From an uncultured Solirubrobacterales bacterium (GTDB lineage: Bacteria > Actinomycetota > Thermoleophilia > Solirubrobacterales > Solirubrobacteraceae): 64,000 bases of DNA. The stretch is from NCBI GenBank assembly GCA_963797955.1, contig CAWCRO010000022.1, positions 66,480 through 130,479 of the forward strand. The letters are read 5' to 3'. Below the pieces are notes generated by a model. The model was not told the origin of the DNA. It made no database searches and saw nothing but the letters and a program-made list of their open reading frames with translations. Made by a program: the position numbers and the translations under genes. Of the stretch, positions 37,338 to 47,928 are shown in pieces. Each line of letters starts with the position of its first letter. The first letter of the stretch is position 1.

Positions 37338-39272
37338 CTAGACCTCGGCGCGCACTGCGTCGAGCGCCGCTGACAACGGCGCTGCCGAGGCGGTTGATCC
37401 GGCGGCTGGGTCGACGGTGATCGTGGGCGCGGGTTGAGAAGAGCCTGCAGGACCGCGGGGGGTGATTGTGATGCGGATGCCCTTCGCCTTCGCCCATGCT
37501 GCGAGATCGTGCCACAGCCGTTCGACCGCGTCTTTGCCGACCGAACTCGCGATACCGATGATGATGGCGGTGGTGATCGGCTCGCTAGCGACTGCGGAGG
37601 GGCGAGCCATTTGGCGGCGGACGGACATTTGATCGCCGTGGATGGTCGGCGTCAGACTGTCGGCGAGCTCGCCTGTATCCACTGGTTCCTCACAGGCGAT
37701 AACGAATTCGATCACAAGTCTCTCCACAATGTCGAGGGTCGATGGTTCCGTATACGTCATGCCGGCGTTCTCGAGGAACTCCGGCAGCCAGCAGTCGCTC
37801 TCTGGGTCCCTCCCCGACACAGGAGGTCGGGTGTTGCCCCGACAGAGCCCACTCTTGTGATAGCGGCACTGAGTCCACGGACAGAAATGTGGGTGACGCT
37901 GAGCCTGGCCGGCGAGCGTGTCGAGAAGGTCGTAGATGGTGTGCTCTTGGTGAGCTTGTCGCGCCAACGGGCGCGGGTAGCTTGCGTCGATAGCCCCGCA
38001 ATTCTCAAAGTGCCCAGACGCTGCGGCGTCACCCAACAACATCTGTGCCAGCGGTGGCATGAGAATCTGAAGCAGGGTCGACCGCGACTTTGCCTGATGT
38101 GCAGTGACGAATAGGTGCATCAACTTCTGTTCAGGCAGGCTTGCCGGAAGGCGGCGGAGGGCCGCCGCCCGGCTCTCTTTGATGACTGGATGGAATCCCG
38201 CCGCCGCCATGTCCAGGACGGACACGTAGCGCGGCGGCAGCTCCGGCGGCCACAGGTCCAGGGGGAACTCCAGCCGCGGATGAGTACGAGCAAGCACATG
38301 GAGCAGGACCCCCAGGCTGAGCTCGACGGGGATCTCGCCGAGTCTGCGGGCGAGGGGCGCCAAGCAGCGAAGGATCAACCAAAAGGCAATCAGCGGCGCC
38401 GTGGTATGAAACGCGGCGGCGACAACAGCCGCGAATGTGTCGAATGCTGCTTCGCGTCCCCACGCGGCCGCAGCAACGTCATAGCTGTCCCGGTAAGCAG
38501 GGTGAGACAGGCTCCACCTCTCGTACCCATCGGGCGTCCCTCCATTCGCGGCCCCGGCCCGGTATTCGAAGAGGCTCGTGGCGGACTCCATGAGCTCCCA
38601 GGCCGAGATCGTGTGGGGGAAGCTGTGTCCTGTCGGTCCGCTCAGCTCGACCTGGGCTGCGCGACCCAGCCCGTCTCCCTCGACCAGGGCCGTCCCGTAC
38701 TCGATGAGCGCGCCAGAGTTCCAATCACGCGACGATGCTCCTAGCTCGTCGGCAGTAAGAGGAGGTGACGACGATGGTTGCACGTTCAGGACCTCGACCT
38801 CTTGTTCAAACCATTCACTTGTCGGGGACCTGTATGCAAGCGGCGAGTCTTGCCAGTCGATCATGGTTCGGCTCCAGCGCAGCTTGTTCCATTGGGCCAA
38901 ATACTCGGATCTCTTGGTAACTGCATGCAGGTAGAGGCATGGCAAGCACGCGTGTTGCCAGAAGTGATAGAGCTCATGGAGTGTCAGCGAGCCGTAGTTA
39001 TGAAGGACGGCCTGGTATAGCTCCCGATGGAGCCTCTCCCGTTGTTGCTGGTCGAGCTCAAATGAGGCCGAAGCCTCGTTCCTGATGAACACCAAATCGA
39101 GTTGAGCCTGTTGCGCCGGTGTCAGCGGCTGTCCCGTCCACGGGTCGATTTGCGCAGGATCCCGGTCTGGAGCTGGCCGCAGCCGACGTCCATCGCTCTC
39201 GTTGAAGATGACGATGAAGCTACGGAGGTCCAGATAGAACGTCACGAGCGTATGCCCCCCTGCCCTCAGCAA
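37338..39272 (-). CDS. Orphan HEXXH (gluzincin-like) protein with Cys cluster and small C-terminal domain (start may be GTG 39245)
   Basis: 644-codon ORF; LHELYH, downstream ELMESA, CPWTQCRYHKSGLC...DC. Confidence 0.65.
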   Translation of the reverse strand: MLRAGGHTLVTFYLDLRSFIVIFNESDGRRLRPAPDRDPAQIDPWTGQPLTPAQQAQLDLVFIRNEASASFELDQQQRERLHRELYQAVLHNYGSLTLHELYHFWQHACLPCLYLHAVTKRSEYLAQWNKLRWSRTMIDWQDSPLAYRSPTSEWFEQEVEVLNVQPSSSPPLTADELGASSRDWNSGALIEYGTALVEGDGLGRAAQVELSGPTGHSFPHTISAWELMESATSLFEYRAGAANGGTPDGYERWSLSHPAYRDSYDVAAAAWGREAAFDTFAAVVAAAFHTTAPLIAFWLILRCLAPLARRLGEIPVELSLGVLLHVLARTHPRLEFPLDLWPPELPPRYVSVLDMAAAGFHPVIKESRAAALRRLPASLPEQKLMHLFVTAHQAKSRSTLLQILMPPLAQMLLGDAAASGHFENCGAIDASYPRPLARQAHQEHTIYDLLDTLAGQAQRHPHFCPWTQCRYHKSGLCRGNTRPPVSGRDPESDCWLPEFLENAGMTYTEPSTLDIVERLVIEFVIACEEPVDTGELADSLTPTIHGDQMSVRRQMARPSAVASEPITTAIIIGIASSVGKDAVERLWHDLAAWAKAKGIRITITPRGPAGSSQPAPTITVDPAAGSTASAAPLSAALDAVRAEV

Positions 39273-39387
39273 AACCTGGCTCGCGCCAACGCGGCTCAGG
39301 ATACAGCGGTTTGACGTCTGGGGTCTGCCGCACGTGTTCCTCGCGGTGGCGCGGTGCGATCGCGTCGAACGGGGGTAGGGTCAGGAA

Positions 39388-39648
39388 ATGCGAGCTTCGT
39401 TGGGATCGCCGGCGCCGATCACTCCGCCTGCCAGTCCGGGTGACCCGCCTCCGGAGGAGTTGCCAGAGGGGCCGGAGCCGGGCGTTGTCCCGGACTATCC
39501 GCCTCCGGAGGAGGAGCCGCAGCCGGCGGTGATCCCGGACCAGCCGCACAAGCCGCTGCCCGCGGAGGATCCGTTGCCGATCGAGCCCGACCAGGAGCCC
39601 GACCAGGAGCCCGTCCAACCGCCCGGAGAAGATCCCGTTCCGGCGTAG
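39388..39648 (+). CDS. Small acidic Pro-rich protein
   Basis: P/E/D-rich ORF (PEEEPQP, EPDQEPDQEP); no family recognised. Confidence 0.4.
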   Translation: MRASLGSPAPITPPASPGDPPPEELPEGPEPGVVPDYPPPEEEPQPAVIPDQPHKPLPAEDPLPIEPDQEPDQEPVQPPGEDPVPA

Positions 39649-39780
39649 CGAGCTGAAAGGTAAACAGAACGCCGAGCCGGCACGCGTGATTGACCTCGGG
39701 CCGGCCACGCCCCTTGACAGCCGCCTGGTGTAGAGAGAGGATTGTTTCTCGCAAATCGCGGCAGAGGGCACGGCGGGCGT

Positions 39781-42000
39781 ATGACCAAGGTTCTGTATTC
39801 ACTCGGGCACTTTGCGGTGCGGCGCCGGTTCGTGGTGCTTGGGGTGTGGTTGGTGGTCGCGGTCGCGCTGGTGGCGGTCTCGCACCAGACCGGTGACAAC
39901 ACCAACAACAACCTGTCGTTGCCGGGGACGGGCAGCCAGCATGCGACGAACGTGATGACCAAGCCATTCCCCGATCAGGCGAATGGGTCAAGCCCGATCG
40001 TGATTCATGCCAAGAGCGGGAAACTGACCGACTCCAAGTATGCGAGCGCGGTCAACAATGCGGCCGCCCAGGTCGCGAAGGAGCCGTTCGTGGCCTCCGT
40101 GATCAACCCGCTCACCTCGCAGGGGGCGTCGGCGCTGAGCAAGGACCAGAGCACGGGATATCTGTCGGTGATCACGTCGGTGAATCCGAACACCCTGTCG
40201 ATCGCCCAGGCGCAGAAGATCATCGACGGTGCCGATCCGGCGAAGGCGGCCGGATTGGAGGTCCAGACCGGCGGTCAGCTCGGTCAGAAGGTCTCGACGC
40301 CCTCGACCGAGTCGAGCGAGCTGATCGGGATCATCGCCGCGATGCTGATCTTGACGTTCACCTTCGGAACGATCGTGGCGATGGTTCTGCCGATCCTGAC
40401 GGCGATTTTCGCGCTGGCGTCGACGCTCGCGATCATTCGCCTATTGGGTCATGTGGTGTCAGTTCCCACGGTCGCGCCGACGCTGGCGACGATGATCGGG
40501 CTGGGGGTGGGGATCGACTACGCGCTGTTCATCGTCACTCGGCACTTCCGAGGGCTCAACAAGCAAGGCCTCGACGTGGACGAGTCGATCGCTCGCGCGG
40601 TCGCGACCTCGGGAGGGGCGGTGTTCTTCGCCGGAGCGACGGTGACAATTGCGCTCGCGTCGCTCGCGGTGGCCGGTATTCCGCTGGTCACGACGATGGG
40701 GCTGATGGCTGCGATCGCGGTGGTCGTGGCGGTGCTCGGTGCGCTCACGCTGTTGCCGGCCCTGCTTGCGGTCATCGGTCCCCATATCAACTCGTTGCGC
40801 GTTCGCAACCGTCATCCCGAGTCGCATCCTTCCGAGGGAGGGTTGTGGGCCAAGTGGGCTCATGAGATCGCCTCGTATCCCTGGGTCGCGGGCGTGGCCG
40901 CACTCGCGATCCTGATCCCGCTGACGATTCCACTTCTGTCGCTGACCTTGGGCCAGCAGGACACGGCTGCGCTGTCGACGTCTACGACGGCTCGGCAGGC
41001 ATATGACCTGATCTCCGACAACTTCGGACAGGGGGTGAATGGTCCGCTGCTGATCGCGGTCACGCTGGGTTCCAAAGCGCAGGGTGGCGCTAACGATCCC
41101 CGCCTCCAGACCTTGCAGAAGGACGTCAAGTCGACCCACGGCGTAGCGTCGGTGACGCCGGCGCAAGTGGACAACGCGGGGACCACCGCGTACTTCAACG
41201 CGATCGCCACCACAGGGCCTGCCGAGACGCAGACGGCGAATCTGGTCAGCACGCTGCGGTCAACCACGATCCCGGGCGCCGAGAAGGGGACCAACATGCG
41301 CGCGTACGTGGGAGGCCAGACCGCCGCCTACGTGGACCTGGCGTCGAAGATCTCGAGCAAGCTGCCGCTCCAGATCCTGGTCGTGATCGTGCTCGCCTTC
41401 TTGCTCTTGATCCTGGCGTTCCGAACGGTGGTCGTCCCCGCCCAGGCGGCGGTCATGAATTTGCTCTCGATCGGCGCGTCGTATGGAGTCCTAACCGCGA
41501 TCTTCCAGTACGGCTGGGGGATCGGAATATTGGGCCACAGCGATTCGGTCCCGATTGTCTCCTACGTGCCGCTGTTTATGTTCGCGATCCTGTTCGGCCT
41601 CTCGATGGACTACGAGGTGTTCTTGGTCAGCCAGATCGAGGAGCACGTGCACGCAGGTGAGGACAACAAGCGCTCGGTCGTCTCCGGGCTGGTAACCAGC
41701 GCGCGAGTTATCACCGCCGCCGCGTCGATCATGGTGTTCGTATTCGGAAGCTTCATCCTCAACGGAAACCCGACCGTGCAGCAGTTCGGTGTCGGCCTCG
41801 CCGTCGCGGTGCTTCTCGACGCGACCGTCGTCCGTTGCCTGCTGGTCCCCGCGCTGATGATCCTGATGGGCAAGGTCAACTGGTACATGCCGCGCTGGCT
41901 CGACCGGACCGTCCCGCGCGTCAGCATCGAAGGCGCCGAGTTCTTCCAACAGCGCGACGGCTCGCAACCCGCCGAGCCAGCACCGCAACCAGTCGCATGA
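39781..42000 (+). CDS. MMPL/RND-family transporter
   Basis: GLGVGIDYALFIVTR, ATSGGAVFFAG, NGPL, FGLSMDYEVFLVSQI, ARVITAAA, DATVVRCLLVP. Confidence 0.95.
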   Translation: MTKVLYSLGHFAVRRRFVVLGVWLVVAVALVAVSHQTGDNTNNNLSLPGTGSQHATNVMTKPFPDQANGSSPIVIHAKSGKLTDSKYASAVNNAAAQVAKEPFVASVINPLTSQGASALSKDQSTGYLSVITSVNPNTLSIAQAQKIIDGADPAKAAGLEVQTGGQLGQKVSTPSTESSELIGIIAAMLILTFTFGTIVAMVLPILTAIFALASTLAIIRLLGHVVSVPTVAPTLATMIGLGVGIDYALFIVTRHFRGLNKQGLDVDESIARAVATSGGAVFFAGATVTIALASLAVAGIPLVTTMGLMAAIAVVVAVLGALTLLPALLAVIGPHINSLRVRNRHPESHPSEGGLWAKWAHEIASYPWVAGVAALAILIPLTIPLLSLTLGQQDTAALSTSTTARQAYDLISDNFGQGVNGPLLIAVTLGSKAQGGANDPRLQTLQKDVKSTHGVASVTPAQVDNAGTTAYFNAIATTGPAETQTANLVSTLRSTTIPGAEKGTNMRAYVGGQTAAYVDLASKISSKLPLQILVVIVLAFLLLILAFRTVVVPAQAAVMNLLSIGASYGVLTAIFQYGWGIGILGHSDSVPIVSYVPLFMFAILFGLSMDYEVFLVSQIEEHVHAGEDNKRSVVSGLVTSARVITAAASIMVFVFGSFILNGNPTVQQFGVGLAVAVLLDATVVRCLLVPALMILMGKVNWYMPRWLDRTVPRVSIEGAEFFQQRDGSQPAEPAPQPVA

Positions 42001-42102
42001 GCCGCCATAACGACGGCGCGGCCGTCGAGGAGGTTCAGGACCCAGACGCGCGGGACGGTCACGCTCGATCTCTGGATGGTCGGGATGGGCTAGGGTGCGC
42101 GG

Positions 42103-43785
42103 ATGAGCGCCGACATGGATGTTGGAGTTCCGACGGCCGGGGCCGGATCCGCGAAGGCGGCGGGCGCGACGGGGCTTGTCCTGATGACCCTGGCAGCCGG
42201 GCAGTTTGTGATGGCGCTCGACACGACGGTCATGAACACCGCGATCGCGACCGTCGCCAAGGATGTTGGGACGACGGTGACGGGGATTCAGACGGCGATC
42301 ACGCTCTACACACTGGTGATGGCGTCGCTGATGATCACGGGCGGGAAGGTCGGCCAGATGATCGGGCGCAAGCGGGCGTTTGCGATCGGGTGCGTCATCT
42401 ATGCCTGCGGCTCGCTGACGACCGCGCTGTCGGGGAATCTGACGGTCTTGATGATCGGCTGGTCTGGCCTGGAGGGGCTCGGAGCGGTGCTGATCATGCC
42501 GGCGATCGTGGCGTTGGTCGCGTCGAACTTCGGCAAGCCCGACCGTCCGCGCGCCTACGGGCTTGTCGCTGCTGCGGGCGCGATCGCGGCGGCGCTGGGG
42601 CCGCTGGTCGGCGGCGTGTTCACGACCTACGCGTCGTGGCGGTGGGTATTCGCGGGGGAGGTGATCATCGTGATCGTGATCTTGCTGTTGACTCGGCGGA
42701 TGAAGGACACGCCGGCGGAGGAAGGCGCTCGGCTCGATGTGGTGGGAACGGCCCTGTCCGCGCTTGGGCTCGGTGCGATCGTGCTCGGCATTCTCAAGGC
42801 CGGAACCTGGGGGTTCGTGCAGCCCAAGCCAGACGCGCCTGCGTGGTTCGGGCTGTCGCCGGTGATCTGGCTGATCTTCGCGGGCGCCGTGGTGCTGGTC
42901 CTATTCGTTTGGTGGGAGAACCGGCGTATCGAACGCGGCGAGGGCGCGCTGATCGACCCGGCAATGCTGCGCAACCTGCAGCTGCGCAACGGGGTCATGT
43001 CGTTCCTGTTCATGTTTCTCATCCAGGCGGGGATCTTCTTCACGGTTCCGCTGTTTCTCTCGGTCGCGCTCGGCATCTCGGCCGTCGAAACCGGCGTGCG
43101 GCTGCTTCCGCTGTCGCTGTCGCTGCTCCTGTTCGCAGTCGGCGTCCCCAGGCTGCGCCCGAACGCGTCACCCCGGCGCGTCGTCCGGCTGGGATTCATC
43201 ATGTTGTTCTGCGCCCTCGTGCTTCTGGTCGCCTTGCTCGACGCCGGCGTCGGCCCGGAGATCGTCACCTGGCCGTTGCTGCTTGCCGGGTCCGGGCTCG
43301 GGATGATGGCCTCGCAGCTAGGCGCCGTGACGGTCTCATCGGTACCCGACGAGCAAAGCGGCGAGGTCGGCGGGCTCCAGAACACCGGCACCCAACTGGG
43401 CGCGTCGATCGGCACCGCACTCGCGGGCGCAGTGCTCATCTCCGCCATGACCGCCTCGTTCTTCACCGGTGTCGAACACAACCCCAAGGTTCCCGACAGC
43501 GTCGTGTCACAGGCACATACCCAGCTCGCGGCGGGTGTGCCGTTCATATCGGAGGCCGACGCCAAGGCCGCGCTGAAAAAGGCGAACGTCCCGCCTGCGA
43601 CCGCCGACGAGATCGTCAAGCACAACGAAAAAAGCCAGATCGACGGACTGCGGGCCGCCGAGGCCATCCTCGCGCTCCTCGCGCTCATCGCGCTTCCGTT
43701 CACGCGAGGCATCCCGACCGTCCAACCGGGCGCTCAAGCCATCGACGCGTCGGAACGGGTTGTGCTCGAACAACGGGCGAGCTAG
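42103..43785 (+). CDS. MFS transporter (DHA2/14-TM type)
   Basis: MALDTTVMN, GGKVGQMIGRKR, LGPLVGG; many TM segments. Confidence 0.92.
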   Translation: MSADMDVGVPTAGAGSAKAAGATGLVLMTLAAGQFVMALDTTVMNTAIATVAKDVGTTVTGIQTAITLYTLVMASLMITGGKVGQMIGRKRAFAIGCVIYACGSLTTALSGNLTVLMIGWSGLEGLGAVLIMPAIVALVASNFGKPDRPRAYGLVAAAGAIAAALGPLVGGVFTTYASWRWVFAGEVIIVIVILLLTRRMKDTPAEEGARLDVVGTALSALGLGAIVLGILKAGTWGFVQPKPDAPAWFGLSPVIWLIFAGAVVLVLFVWWENRRIERGEGALIDPAMLRNLQLRNGVMSFLFMFLIQAGIFFTVPLFLSVALGISAVETGVRLLPLSLSLLLFAVGVPRLRPNASPRRVVRLGFIMLFCALVLLVALLDAGVGPEIVTWPLLLAGSGLGMMASQLGAVTVSSVPDEQSGEVGGLQNTGTQLGASIGTALAGAVLISAMTASFFTGVEHNPKVPDSVVSQAHTQLAAGVPFISEADAKAALKKANVPPATADEIVKHNEKSQIDGLRAAEAILALLALIALPFTRGIPTVQPGAQAIDASERVVLEQRAS

Positions 43786-43794
43786 CTTGTTGAC

Positions 43795-44652
43795 GTGGCG
43801 CGATCGGAATCGGGGACCGGGGGCGCGGGGGCTCGAGGCGAGGAGCCGGGGTATCGCCTTGCCGCGACCGGTCGCGAGGCGGCGGAGGGTGAGCGGCTAG
43901 ATCTGTTGGAGCAGATCTACGATCCGGTCTCGCGCCGGCGGCGAGCTTTGGTCCGGCCGGGGTGGCGGTGTCTGGAGGTTGGCGGTGGGCGGGGATCGAT
44001 GGCGTCGTGGCTGGCGGAGAAGGTCGGACCGACCGGCCACGTTGTCGCGACCGACATCGACCTCGGCTACCTGCGGCGGCTTGACCTTCCGAATCTAGAG
44101 GTGGTCGAGCACAACATCCTCGAGGATCCGCTCGAGCCGCTGGGCCCCGGCTCGTTTGATCTGGTCTGCTCGCGGTTGATGCTGTTTCACCTCGTAGACA
44201 GGCAGGAATTGGCGATCCGGCAGATGGTGAAGTGCCTGCGCCCCGGGGGTTGGTTGCTTGACGAAGACGCCGATTGGGGCACGATCGCTCCGGTCGATCC
44301 GTCGCATCCGCTGTATGCCGGCTACCACGACGCGTGGCGAGACGGGGATTGGTGGACCGTCCGCGGTTACGACAAGGTGTTTGGCCGCAAGCTGCCGGCA
44401 CTGTTTGAGCGCTGCGGTCTCGAGGACATACGTCATGAAGCGGCCACGGAAGTCGTCCGTGGCGGATCACCGTGGCCACGATGGCGGGCGGTAACTCTTG
44501 AAGTCATCAATGAGCTCGGCGGAGGCGGTTCCGTGGAGTCCTACCGGCGTGAACTCGACGTGATCACCCGAGCGCTGGCCGATCCGACAGTCTGGGTCCT
44601 GAGGGAGCTGCTGCACGCGTGCTGGGGCAGACGAAGCCGCGACGGCGAATAG
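43795..44652 (+). CDS. Class I SAM-dependent methyltransferase
   Basis: CLEVGGGRG, VATDID, FDLVCSRLMLFHL, LRPGGWL. Confidence 0.9.
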   Translation: MARSESGTGGAGARGEEPGYRLAATGREAAEGERLDLLEQIYDPVSRRRRALVRPGWRCLEVGGGRGSMASWLAEKVGPTGHVVATDIDLGYLRRLDLPNLEVVEHNILEDPLEPLGPGSFDLVCSRLMLFHLVDRQELAIRQMVKCLRPGGWLLDEDADWGTIAPVDPSHPLYAGYHDAWRDGDWWTVRGYDKVFGRKLPALFERCGLEDIRHEAATEVVRGGSPWPRWRAVTLEVINELGGGGSVESYRRELDVITRALADPTVWVLRELLHACWGRRSRDGE

Positions 44653-44693
44653 CCAGCGCGAGGGTCCCGATCGAAACCTGCCGGGGGCCTTGG

Positions 44694-45647
44694 TCACCCA
44701 CCGGCGACCGGGCGCGGGTAGCTGCGGTCGACCAGATGCTCGGCGGCGTCGCCCGCGGCGGCGAGGATCTCCGAGGTGTCGCTCCCCTGCCCCTGTCCCA
44801 TCACCACGCCGACCGCGGTCAGCCGGCGCCCGCCGACCGTCACGTGGGTGAAGAAGGCCAGGCAACCCCCCGCCGCGGAGTTTGAACCGGTCTTGCCGGC
44901 GTAGCCCTCGGCGATCAGGGGGTTGTAGTTGGTGACCGTGCCGGCAATCGGTAGCGTCACGCTGGCCATCGAAACGGTCTGGCGGAAGACCGAGAAGCGC
45001 ATCGCCCGTTGGAAGACGCGCAGCTGGTCGGCGGCGGTGGAGACCGTACTCGGAGCGAACCCGCTGGGATCGGTGTAGATCGTGTGGTCCATCCCGAGCT
45101 CGCGGGCCTCGGCGTTCATTTCGGCGAGAAAGCCCGTCTCGCTGCCCGCCACCTGGGCGGCGAGTATCCGGGCGATGTTGTTGCCGGAGGGGACCAGCAG
45201 CGCCTCCAGCAGCTGGCGCTCGGTCAGCTGCTCGCCGGTCCGCACCGCCACGACCGACTGGTCCTGGGCGGCATCCTGAGCCTCGGCCTGCGCCTGGGCC
45301 GCAGTGACGGTGATCGTGAACCCGTCCTGTGCGCCGCTCAGCGGGTAGTGCTTGAGGGTCAGGTAGGCGGTCATCACCTTTGCCAGGCTGGCGATCGGGG
45401 CCGACTGCTGGTGCGGACTCGCCGCCGGCCGGCTGTTGCCGACCACGAGCGCCGCCTGTCCGCGCCGCGGCCACCAGAGGTTCGACAGGTACGTGGGGTC
45501 CTTGGCGTTGGGCAGGTGGCGGGCTGCCGCGAACGCCGTGGCGGCGAGGAGTAGGGCAAGACAGACGAAGCCGACGGCGAGCCCGGTCGATCGGGTACGG
45601 CGGGCTGCTGTTCGTGCAGGTTCCCTGTAGGTCATGCCGCCAGTCAA
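44694..45647 (-). CDS. D-alanyl-D-alanine carboxypeptidase (peptidase S11)
   Basis: IASLAK (SxxK), PSGN (SxN), GKTG, YTDPSG; N-terminal hydrophobic anchor. Confidence 0.92.
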   Translation of the reverse strand: MTGGMTYREPARTAARRTRSTGLAVGFVCLALLLAATAFAAARHLPNAKDPTYLSNLWWPRRGQAALVVGNSRPAASPHQQSAPIASLAKVMTAYLTLKHYPLSGAQDGFTITVTAAQAQAEAQDAAQDQSVVAVRTGEQLTERQLLEALLVPSGNNIARILAAQVAGSETGFLAEMNAEARELGMDHTIYTDPSGFAPSTVSTAADQLRVFQRAMRFSVFRQTVSMASVTLPIAGTVTNYNPLIAEGYAGKTGSNSAAGGCLAFFTHVTVGGRRLTAVGVVMGQGQGSDTSEILAAAGDAAEHLVDRSYPRPVAGG

Positions 45648-45681
45648 GGCAGCGTGGTGTTGCCAGCACGTATCTGGTTTT

Positions 45682-45714
45682 CGATATGCCGACGATATGC
45701 GCCGGCTTTAGCAT
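45682..45714 (+). promoter_or_regulatory. CGATATGC direct repeat (11-bp period) plus TAGCAT -10 box; probable VanR site and leaderless vanR promoter
   Basis: CGATATGC at 45682 and 45693; TAGCAT at 45709-45714, 6 nt before the ATG; no SD. Confidence 0.6.
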
Positions 45715-45720
45715 CGGCGC

Positions 45721-46409
<689 letters not shown>

Positions 46410-46417
<8 letters not shown>

Positions 46418-47498
46418 AGCGCCTGGCTTGAGCGTTCGCCTCAAGCTCACCCTCAGCTACGCCGGCTTCGTCATGCTCGCGGGCGCCTCGCTGCTCGCTG
46501 CCGCGTGGGTGTACCTGAATCGTGCGCCCCACGTTGGGCTCATCCTCGAGCCCAGCTACCGCTACGCCGTCCTGCGCCAATTCGCTCCTACCGCGGTCAT
46601 CGTGATGGCGTTCCTGCTCGTGTTCGGCCTTGTGGGAGGGTGGCTGCTCGCCGGCCGGATGCTCGCTCCCGTGGCCCGCATCACCGACGCCACACGCATC
46701 GCCGCGACCGGATCGCTCGCCCACCGAATCCGGCTACCGGGCCGCAGAGACGAGTTCCGCGAGCTCGCCGACGCCTTCGACACCATGCTCGCGCGGCTCG
46801 AAGCACACGTCTCAGAACAGCAGAGATTCGCGGCCAATGCCTCCCACGAACTGCGCACCCCGCTGGCGATCACCCAGACACTTCTCGACGTCGCGCGCAC
46901 CGATCCAAGCCGCGACAACGGCGAACTCGTCGAACGCCTCTACGCCGTCAACACCAGAGCGATCGACCTCACCGAAGCACTGCTCCTGCTAAGCCGCGCC
47001 GACAAGCGATCCTTCACACCGGAAGACGTCGATCTGTCCCTCGTAGCGGAAGAAACCACCGAAACGCTCCTCCCCCTGGCAGAAAAGCGCGGTGTCACCA
47101 TCGAGACCTCCGCCGACATGACCCCGACCATCGGCTCACACGCGCTCCTGCTGCAGTTGACCACGAACCTCGTACACAACGCGATCGTCCACAACCTGCC
47201 TGAACAGGGCACCGCGTGGGTCACGACCGGCGCTCACCCCAACAGCGTGGTGCTCACTGTCGAGAACACCGGCGAGAAGCTCACCCCACAGTTGGTCTCC
47301 ACGCTTGCCGAACCGTTTCAGCGCGGCACCAAACGCATACGCACCGACCATGCCGGTGTCGGCCTCGGCCTGGCAATCGTCAACAGCATCACCCAAGCAC
47401 ACGACGGAACCCTCACCCTCTCCCCACGGGCAGCCGGCGGGCTCTGCGTCACGGTGCAACTACCCGCCGCGCGGCCGCAGTCAGGCATGAGGCCCTGA
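46410..47498 (+). CDS. vanS: VanS-type sensor histidine kinase
   Basis: VDRAPGLSVRLKLTLSYAGF, HAMP, FAANASHELRTPLA, NLVHNAIVHN, GVGLGLAIV; Streptomyces VanS-like; overlaps vanR stop. Confidence 0.88.
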
Positions 47499-47504
47499 TT
47501 CACG

Positions 47505-47653
47505 AGATCCTGCGCGGCGTGCGAGTGACCACGAACGAGTCCTTTGCGGGCGATCCCGTCAGCGCCGATGTCGCGGGGATGCAGGGTCAGCTCGACGCAT
47601 CACTCGTGGCTTGGCTGGACTACCTGAGGGCAGCCGCCGAGGGCAGCGATTGA
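47505..47653 (+). pseudogene. C-terminal fragment of an SRPBCC/polyketide-cyclase family protein
   Basis: GVRVTTNESFAGDPVSADVAGMQGQLDASLVAWLDYLRAAAE* with no N-terminal half. Confidence 0.55.
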
Positions 47654-47742
47654 GAACTGCCGCTCGTCGGTGAGCAACGGCGCATGGGTCGTTGTCGATG
47701 CCGTCGGAGAACAAACGCGCGCGCATCGGCGACAAGTAGGTC

Positions 47743-47910
47743 ATGGACTCAAACTCATCTGACGCAGAGGCGCTTGCGCGTTCGGCGGAGGAGCCGTCGG
47801 CGTTCGCGATCCTGTATGACCGTCACCACATCGCGGTCCGTCGGTATGCTGGCCTCGGCGGGTCGGCTCCAGAGGCGGGCGAGGACCTCGCCGCTGAGGT
47901 GTTCACCTGC
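47743..47910 (+). pseudogene. ECF sigma factor remnant (region 2 start only), in frame with the next gene
   Basis: SDAEALARSAEEPSAFAILYDRH...EDLAAEVF; region 4 absent. Confidence 0.7.
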
Positions 47911-47928
47911 ACTTTAAGGAGAACCATC

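Noticed and set aside
41835-43793. 652-aa plus-strand ORF overlapping the MFS gene
   Set aside because: Alternative-frame Arg/Gly-rich read with no motifs
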